Source: Candidatus Sericytochromatia bacterium | GTDB taxonomy: Bacteria; Cyanobacteriota; Sericytochromatia; S15B-MN24; JAQBPE01 | Reading direction: 5' to 3' | Assembly (NCBI GenBank): GCA_040400605.1 | Contig: JBBAPZ010000003.1 | Location: 170,577 to 234,576, forward strand | Length of the DNA: 64,000 bases | Shown: positions 62,398-64,000 of the stretch, one piece after another | Layout of the letters: each line of letters starts with the position of its first letter | Position numbering within the stretch: position 1 is the first letter of the stretch | Position numbers and translations under genes: made by a program | Notes under the pieces: model-generated | The model's input: only the letters and a program-made list of their open reading frames with translations | What the model was told of the DNA's origin: nothing | Database searches by the model: none

Positions 62398-63288
62398 CTA
62401 TTGTAACTGCTGCGTCAACATGTTGAGCGCCTCAATTTTGCTGACAGCAGCGGCAATATCGACAGGCGAGGCATTTTCCCCGGTGCCGGGTTTATTCAAA
62501 ATCGCCCTCATCTGATTCACTCTTGCCTGGCCACGATCAAGTTTTTCGAGGACCTTATCAGCCAATACCGTCGCTTGAGACGGAATTGATAACGCTATTC
62601 CTGCAGTCAATAAGTCCGGGTTTGTTCCGATTGTTTTCTTGTTGTACTTATAAATAGATTGCCATTCAATTCCGTGTTCGCGTGCGATGACACTAAGATT
62701 ATCGCCTTTTTTCACGGTGTAAACTTTCCGTTGATCGTTCTTGACGGTTGGAGGCGTAGTCGGTTCAGAAATGATGTGACCTTTAGGGCCTCGTCTGGGC
62801 TCTGGGTTCGGCTTGGGTGCGGGGTCGGTGATATAGCGATGACCCTTTGGGCCTGTTGCAATGACTTTCCCCGGTGGAGCGACCAAAGGCTCTTGATGTG
62901 TCGAATGAGGTGACCCTTTGTCGTTCTTGACGGTTGGAGGCGTAGTCGGTTCAGAAATGATGTGACCTTTAGGGCCTCGTCTGGGCTCTGGGTTCGGCTT
63001 GGGTGCGGGGTCGGTGATATAGCGATGACCCTTTGGGCCTGTTGCAATGACTTTCCCCGGTGGAGCGACTAAAGGCACTCCCAGCGTTTGTTTCGATGGC
63101 TGCCTTCCTCCCGAATTAAGTTCAACTCTGTCACCACCGCGAGAGGATTTGTTACGTACAACCTTGGTGGGTGTTCCCTTCGCGGAAGGCACAGTCGCGG
63201 TCTCCAGTGGGCCTGCAGGTTGAGACTCACGCACAACCTTGGTAGGTGTTCCCTTTGCGGAAGGTACAGTCACTGTCTCAAAGCCCAT
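62398..63288 (-). CDS. LysM-domain protein with Pro/Lys-rich internal repeats
   Basis: YTVKKGDNLSVIAREHG..WQSIYKYN..NPDLL.AG.ALSIP; AGGAG RBS before ATG 63288. Confidence 0.88.
   Translation of the reverse strand: MGFETVTVPSAKGTPTKVVRESQPAGPLETATVPSAKGTPTKVVRNKSSRGGDRVELNSGGRQPSKQTLGVPLVAPPGKVIATGPKGHRYITDPAPKPNPEPRRGPKGHIISEPTTPPTVKNDKGSPHSTHQEPLVAPPGKVIATGPKGHRYITDPAPKPNPEPRRGPKGHIISEPTTPPTVKNDQRKVYTVKKGDNLSVIAREHGIEWQSIYKYNKKTIGTNPDLLTAGIALSIPSQATVLADKVLEKLDRGQARVNQMRAILNKPGTGENASPVDIAAAVSKIEALNMLTQQLQ
62735..63076. repeat. Two 156-bp direct repeats (186-bp period) inside the LysM gene
   Basis: 62735-62890 and 62921-63076, near-identical (one mismatch seen). Confidence 0.95.
63154..63279. 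repeat. Two 51-bp diverged direct repeats (75-bp period) inside the LysM gene
   Basis: 63154-63204 and 63229-63279 encode ET(A/V)TVPSAKGTPTKVVR. Confidence 0.9.
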
Positions 63289-63806
63289 CGTATGCACTCC
63301 TATAATTGTTGTGTGTGGGTTGTAGGACTCACCCAGTAATTCTCTTATACCCTCAACTGGCAGATAACTTACGGAAAACATCAGGTTTTTTGATATTCAG
63401 TTTCGGTAATGTGCGCCAAGTGTTAATTAATTGGCAAGTTTGCATGGCGGCGTTTTCAAGCAAAACGTCGAATTGTACGCGGTTGTGTGTGAAAAAGTCT
63501 TGGAATCGGCCGGTTTCTCGATTGGACGAGAGATCTTGTGTCTGACTGCGTTGGCTACCTCTTTCAGGATCTCGCAGGATTACCCATTTTGGCCTACTCA
63601 TGCTTGATCAAACTCGGAATTGTGTTTCGTTATCACAGTATTTGAACCGGCTGAGACGGGCCGCCGATATGCTGAACAGCGTTTTGCGATAGCGTTGTCT
63701 GTCGCATATACAGCGTCGCGATCGTCGGACTAGTGTTCGCCAGCTTTAGTCATCGGTGAATACAATGCGCAGACTCCGATTTTGAACCTGCCAACGATAG
63801 GTGCAG

Positions 63807-63836
63807 AAAAAAGGGCTCAGGAATCCCCCTGAGCCC
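63807..63836 (-). terminator. Rho-independent terminator of tuf
   Basis: GGGCTCAGG/CCTGAGCCC stem followed by T6 on the minus strand. Confidence 0.85.
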
Positions 63837-63866
63837 CCCAGCAAGACATAAATATGGTCGGTTGTT

Positions 63867-64000
63867 TTACGCCTGAATGGCAGCTACGACGCCTGCGCCC
63901 ACGGTACGACCACCTTCGCGGATCGCAAAGCGCATACCCGGCTCGATCGCCACTGGCGTGATCAACTCAACTTCCATCTGGATGTTGTCGCCAGGCATCA
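63867..64000 (-). CDS. tuf: Elongation factor Tu, 3' end (partial)
   Basis: [43 protein letters not shown]. Confidence 0.97.
   Translation of the reverse strand, partial: MPGDNIQMEVELITPVAIEPGMRFAIREGGRTVGAGVVAAIQA

Noticed and set aside
62735..63279. Direct repeats as a possible CRISPR array
   Set aside because: Only two copies each, in frame within a coding gene, wrong lengths and no cas genes.

Overview
A 64-kb, moderately GC-rich bacterial chromosome-like segment, mostly housekeeping. It carries glpD (partial), lipB divergent from sucA-sucB-lpdA, recA with a GAAC-N4-GTTT SOS-type box, an orphan 2-oxoacid dehydrogenase E1-alpha preceded by a 45-aa rubredoxin-like gene missed by the ORF track, rpsA with a PDZ/radical-SAM gene, a MoxR-DUF58-transglutaminase-Omp85 unit, ftsH-tilS, murE, tRNA-Met(CAT) and the 3' end of tuf. 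The short S1, the DUF512-type radical SAM protein, the Omp85 barrel and the lack of photosynthesis genes suggest a diderm Terrabacteria lineage, possibly a non-photosynthetic relative of Cyanobacteria (inference only). A decayed accessory patch at about 20.3-23.4 kb holds IS3 and IS21-type remnants. Three observations stand out. (1) At 2.3-3.2 kb is a plasmid-type replication-control module: a counter-transcribed ~45-nt RNA with a clean sigma70 promoter and terminator, a start-codon-proximal hairpin and an initiator-like HTH gene with an AT-rich internal linker. (2) At 28.4-33.4 kb is a kleisin-kite-SMC three-gene operon (JetABC/MksFEB-like, with Smc5/6-like motifs) with no JetD nuclease, divergent from a patatin gene near recA. 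(3) A repeated saw-tooth G/C strand skew flips every ~4-12 kb, even inside genes and independent of coding strand. Also seen: two intact pseudo-enzymes (PLD, metallophosphoesterase) and at least 25 copies of the HIP1 octamer GCGATCGC. All family calls come from motif recognition by eye; no database searches were run.
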